A stretch of DNA of 64,000 nt from Chrysomallon squamiferum (lineage: Eukaryota > Animalia > Mollusca), in contig CM022666.1 of NCBI GenBank assembly GCA_012295275.1, positions 3,906,001-3,970,000 of the forward strand, written 5' to 3'. This document shows positions 57,579 through 64,000 of this stretch, in pieces (position 1 is the stretch's first letter; each line of letters starts with the position of its first letter). The notes beneath the pieces are model-generated. The model worked only from the letters and a program-made list of their open reading frames with translations, was not told the DNA's origin and ran no database searches. A program made the position numbers and the translations under genes.

Positions 57579-57839
57579 GAATATATTTTTCTTTTGTGTT
57601 CTGAGCTCTGCCCCAACTGCTAACAGGCTTTTTGTGAGCTTTGATTTATAACTATGGGAACTTGTCACTCTGTGCATCATTCTGACATATTTTCCCACAT
57701 TATTAGCCAGAAAAAAAGGGTGTGGTGTTATTTTTAAGTGAACGTGTGTAATGTATATTCTGCATTTTTTTTTTTTCCCCCATTACTTATTTAAAAAAGA
57801 AAAAGAAAGCTGTTTATTACGTGAATAGGAGCATGTATG

Positions 57840-57903
<64 letters not shown>

Positions 57904-58280
57904 TTTAATCTTTGTGTATGTATGGGGGGAGACAAAAATATTTCTACATATATACATACATACATACATACATTCAAGTAATATATGGATTGCTAATAAA
58001 TATTCCTTGTTTTTTTTTTTATCATTTTGATCCATGAATACATAATTATTTAGAAAACTCGGGAACAGAATATTACAATTTTACTACTGTTATTTTTGTA
58101 TACATCGTACATTATCTTTTTTCTTGTACACTTAAATCTGGTAGACTACATAACATGTCATGACTTACAGGTACAGCCAAATCAGGGAGACAAAAGCATG
58201 CATGTACTTACATATGTATCAGGCCTGATGTGAATTTATTATAAACTATTTCCTTCTTGTTTTATGTTTTAATCGCTCAC

Positions 58281-58329
<49 letters not shown>

Positions 58330-58789
58330 TTTTATATATGTTTTGTTTATTTATTTTGTTTATTTATTTATTTATTTATTTATTTATTGTTGTTATTATT
58401 TTTAATTTTAGTTTCTCTTTTTAATAATGAATAATGAAAATTAGAAAGCTGAATATGTAGTGAAATGTAAGATGACAAAAAACAAATTGTTCGTTGTTTT
58501 TGAGGCAGGATTTAAAGAAGAACTAATAGTAATGAAATACTGATTTACTTAATGTTTAGTAAATAAAATTCCCTGATTGCATTTTCTAAACATTTCTGTT
58601 ACTAATGTTATAGAGATTGCTCAAATAGCACTGGAAAGTTGAGGAATGTTTGTTTTTTATTTATTTATTTATTTATTTATTTATAGACTTTTTGTTTTTG
58701 ATGGATATTATTTTATGATATTTTTTTTATTTTCAACCATACACACATACATAGATTCTTTCACTCTCTTTCTATGTTATATATAAGCA

Positions 58790-58886
<97 letters not shown>

Positions 58887-59863
58887 AGAGAGTAATAAAC
58901 TGTTATTTTAATAGTTGAAATAAAATAATATAAAAAAAATAATAATAATTAAAATATATTATAAGGCAAACAAACAGAAATAAATGTTGAATATTAAAAT
59001 AGTGATTAAAAAACTTTTATTAAACTTCCCAGACAATAACTCACAACTGAAACGGAACTGATACTTAATGTTTAGCACACACACACACACACAAAAAAAA
59101 TGTTACCTTTTCATTCACATTTCTTGTTCAGAGTAAATAACTCAGAAGAGCTATTTCTGTTACAAAAACTCTTCTTTGCAAACATTTGCAGAGCTTGAAA
59201 ATTCCACCAGCGAGAGATTTTGTTTTCATGTTTAAAGTATCACATTTTTTTTTTTAGTCACATACCAGAGCATTTTAGAATCACATTCACGACATTTACA
59301 AGTAGTGAGTAATTTTTGGAAATTAATTTTTATTTATTTGCTCTTGTTCAAATAATTGTCTGATTGCAAATTGCTGTAAGGAGTCAGTTTTGTCGACTGC
59401 AACGTTTAAATGAAAATTTTTTTTTTTAAAAAGGGAATTCTTAGTGTATTTTAGTATTCTGAGATGAAGTTGTTTTTTCTCTCTGTTGTTTGTTTCTTTC
59501 ATTCTTTCTGTCTTATCTTTCTATTACAACATCTTTCAGTTTCACTTTCCTGAATCATTTTTTTTTTCATTTCACATTTTTTTTGATAATTACAGCTCAG
59601 ATTGGTTTTTCTACTTTTCCTTTTCTTCTTTCTAAATTTTGTTTCGCCTTTTTATCTCTCCTTTTCTTTCAGTATTTCCCTCTAAACATCCCTTTCTGTT
59701 TCCTTCTTTCTTTCTCTCTTTCTTCCTATCTCTTTTCTAATTCCTTCTATTTCTCCCTTTTCTCTCTGTTTCCTCCTCTCCTTCCTTCCTCTCTCTTCTC
59801 TATTTGTGGCCATCTCTCCCCTTCTCTCTCTCTTTCTAACTCCCTCCCTCCCTTTCTACCCTC

Positions 59864-59953
<90 letters not shown>

Positions 59954-60248
59954 AATATGACTTATGTCAGCCTACACTTTATAAATGTGAAAATAAATTG
60001 GTCTTGTGAAAGCGTATAGTTCTAAATACTGTTTACTTGTCATGACATATTGCAGATGGTATCAGACTCGCATTCAAACATTTACAAATAATTTACTTCA
60101 CAAAAGGTCAGCTTGTGCATGCAGCCATGTTGAATCATCCTAGTCCACAACAAAATAAATTAAAAAGATTTTTAAAACAAAAAAAAAGTTAAAAAATATA
60201 ATAATATATTAACCAGTAAGTAATAAAAATATAATGAATGTTGACGTC

Positions 60249-60353
<105 letters not shown>

Positions 60354-60956
60354 CTTAATTCAGGATATTTGGCAAACAAATAACAGTAATAATAAATAAA
60401 ATAAATATCATTCTGTTTATTTACATCCAGATAAACTTAGTAATCTAGTACCTCATATAGTTTACATGTTTGTGTTCTTTCACGTATACAACATGATTTA
60501 ATATGAAACCTTTTGCATGGCTTGCATATCTAATGTATGACTAAGTTTCATATTTCTTCTCAGTTTCCATGTCGAATTCTATCTCCTTGTTTCAGTTTAC
60601 ACGGAAAATATTTATAAAAGAAAAAAAGTGGGTTAAAGACAAGATGACATGTAATTGGCTTGCATATTTTAATTTTCATTCTTTGCGTAATGTAAAATAG
60701 TTTACATAATTTACTAAACATGGACAGAAGGATATTCTTAAGATGTAGCTGCACTTTAGATGGAACTGGACTTGAAACAAAAATTGACCTGTCTCAGAAG
60801 ATGGCAAAAATAAATAAAAAAATAAAATAAAAAAAGATTTCATACAAAAATTATCTGAAACCAGTATGGACTAGAGAGAAAAGTCAATTTAAGACAATGT
60901 TTTATTTTTTTTAATTATTATTTTAATTATATATATATATTTATTTATTTATTTAA

Positions 60957-61010
<54 letters not shown>

Positions 61011-61149
61011 TATTATTATTTATTTATTTATTTATTTTATTTTTTTATTTTTTTATTTTATATAAAAATGTTCAAGAGATAACAGGGGAAAAAAAAAGGT
61101 ACTGGTTATTAAAAGAACAAAATAAATATTGGCTAAAAAAAACAAAATA

Positions 61150-61510
61150 ACATCTATTTGTTGTCAGACATACAACTTGTCCCAAAATAAGAATATGTAA
61201 GAGTAACCTGCTGCTATCACCCACCCAACTTATGAATTACATGTAACCTATAATTTCTCTTAGGTTTTCTCAAGTTGTACTTTCACCTTCAGGATAGTAC
61301 ATACCATGGCTTTTGATGAAATAAGTAGCTAGAAAGGAAAAAAAAAGAAAGACAAAAGACAGAGATAAAAAATAAAATTAAAAAGGATAAAAAAAATAAA
61401 AAATAATAATAATAATTAAAAAAAAACATAAATAAAAAAGATATAAAAGGTTGCAGTAACCAGGATTGAGCCCAGAAACCACCATGCCTCAGACAGTCAC
61501 TGATGTACTG
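61150..61510 (-). mobile_element. Decayed SINE copy interrupted by an A-rich tract
   Basis: The + strand has CAGGATAGTACATACCATGGCTTTT near 61290 and GGATTGAGCCC near 61463 (B-box-like on the minus strand). A related CACATACCATATCGTTTT lies near 37735. Confidence 0.45.
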
Positions 61511-61743
61511 TGTGTGTGTGATCTGTAAGATAAAAGGAAATAATAATAAATAAAAAAACCCTCAAAGGTTTCAGGTGTGATAGGTTGACAGGTTATTGGT
61601 TTTTAGATACTTCTGTTAATAAAACTTGTGTCAGTGAAGTTGACGATTCACAGATACATGAAACCTGTTGCAGTTTCAAAAAAAAATTAGGAATGACAGA
61701 GGGAGGAAGGGAGGTAGAGAGAGGGAGGTAGAGAGAGAGGGAG

Positions 61744-61836
<93 letters not shown>

Positions 61837-62091
61837 AAATTATAATGACGGAAAAAGAGAGATAGACAGAGATACAGACAGACAGACAAAAAGACTAGTA
61901 TTTAATACTAACATTACAAATTGCAGTTTTCAAATACTTCAGAACTTGTTATAAAAATCACACATTAAAAACAAGTGTAATGACTAAAAGGATTCACTTT
62001 AAAAAAAAAAAAAACCAAAACATACTTTAACAGAAACTAAAAATATTCATAAAACATCATCTCAGTTTCTAGAGAGAGATAAACACTAGTC

Positions 62092-62123
<32 letters not shown>

Positions 62124-63916
62124 CTCCCCACTCAAATGGTTGTATGTCTACGTGCTCGAAGTCACATGGTATGTTTTTCTACGATCTGAAGCTGAAGTTT
62201 TAAATAACATTGCTGACTGTGGGCATAGAATTTTGTCTTCTTTGGGATTTGGGGTGGGGGGTCTCCCCATTTTCAGTATTTTGGAATGCTATTGATATTG
62301 TGAAATTTAGCAGAGGTTTAATTTAGCAGTCAGTGCTATATGTATGATGTTTTATATCCCATGCTGAATTAGAAACTGAATTTATCAAGTGTGTAGATTT
62401 GAAGAATTTTTATTTTTTCAAACTTTTTGAAAAATACTTTGATTCAGAGAGAGATAGATAAAAGAGAAAAGAGTGTGTTTGTGCGTGTCTGTGTGAGTTT
62501 ATGTATGTATGTACGGTTATATATTAATATATTTAAAAGGGTTTGAGTCTGAATGAGTGCGTGCGTGCGTGCGTGCGTGTGTGTGTGTGTGTGTGTGTGC
62601 TTAACTATATACATGCATATATAATACACAGGATCGTATATCTTTAATCCTTTTGACTAACACTTATTATTTATTGTCAATTTAAAAGTTTAAAAAGTTT
62701 TTGTTTGTTATTATATTTACCTTTTAGTAATATGTGTACCTGCAGCTAATGAGGTTTTGTTTGTGAAATTTGAGAACTGTTTACTTTAAAGTTTTTTTTA
62801 AATAGCACCAAAAATAACTGTTATTATTGTCTAGACTTTTTTTTTTTAGGTAAATGTTTATCAATTTTTTTCTTATTTTTTATGCTATATTTTCCTCTTT
62901 TTATTTCCTTTTCTTTTTTATTAAATTTTTTTTTAAAATTTTCTATCTTTTTTTCTTTATCCTTCTTTTCATTTATTTATTTTGTTATTAAGTGTTTTAT
63001 ATTTAGTTGATTATTTTTTAATTATTGCCATTAACTGTTTTCGACAGCATTTTTTATTTTAAATATTTTTCCTTCTCATTAACAGCTGTATATGGACTTC
63101 TGTACAGTGTTACATATCTGACTTTTTTTTTTACCTAAGTCAGTTAATATGGCTGTTGTTGATTCAGTGTTTGCACCAATCTCTCTGCAGATATATTTTT
63201 AACCTTGTACTAGCTACAGATTGCATTATTCCAAAAATATCTTACTACTTCGCAAGTAATTTTGTTATTTTTGAAACGCATTAGCATCTTTCAAGTGATC
63301 TCTGATTGATGAATTAGATTATAGGGGGTAGAAAATAGATAAATGAAAATAAATAAATAAATGATGATGATGTTGATTATTGAAACACTATTATATCTAA
63401 AGGTTTAAAAAAAAAAATCTGTGCCAGGGAAAATATGTGTGTGTGAGAGAAAAAGAAACAGACAAAGAAATATATGTATACATTGAATTTTGTATTTTGT
63501 TTATGTATAAAGTGTGTGTGTGTGTGTGTTTTTGTGTTTGTGCAGAGAAAATAATTATTTTTGTGTGTGTGCATGGGAATTATTTTGGTTTTGTGATGAC
63601 TTCAGAAAGTAAACAAACAAAAGTAAAAGACTGATAGATCACTAGAAAGAAATAAACAAAAAAAAAAAGGGAAAAAGAGAGAGAACAGAAAAAAAAAGCA
63701 CATTCACAGACCTCTATATACAAACACAGAGGGTTAGAGATGACAAAGAGAACAACTAGAATCTGCACTAACAGAATCAAACAGGTGATTGTAACTCAGC
63801 CATTTTTATTAGCCCGTTCTGGCAGTATCCCAGGTGTGTGTTATGTTTCTAGGGATGAGCTCAGAGTAGTAAAATTCTGACTTAATTCCTTCCTGGCAAA
63901 CAAATAGTGTGCAGTA

Positions 63917-63956
<40 letters not shown>

Positions 63957-64000
63957 GTGTTTTTAACATCATCATAATTATTTTATTATTATTATTATTG

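Overview
AT-rich, microsatellite-dense eukaryotic (metazoan) DNA. A mollusc or other lophotrochozoan origin is an inference from composition and repeat style only. Almost all ORF-track entries are translations of simple repeats. The one convincing coding feature is a + strand exon (7228-7721) ending in HVVHVHVNPGETFSVRLGDQIQHIQG, which resembles the N-terminal motif of FNDC3A/FNDC3B and Drosophila mtgo. The remaining ~56 kb appears to be intron. It holds a candidate alternative first coding exon (48534-48630) with the same phase-1 GTAAGT donor, several decayed copies of a tRNA-headed SINE, two candidate MITEs, many local tandem arrays (some apparently amplified from SINE segments) and nuclear-receptor-type motif clusters. 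I see no prokaryotic genes, CRISPR array, rRNA or intact tRNA. I cannot support a wholly new biological system; the alternative N-terminus is the best lead.
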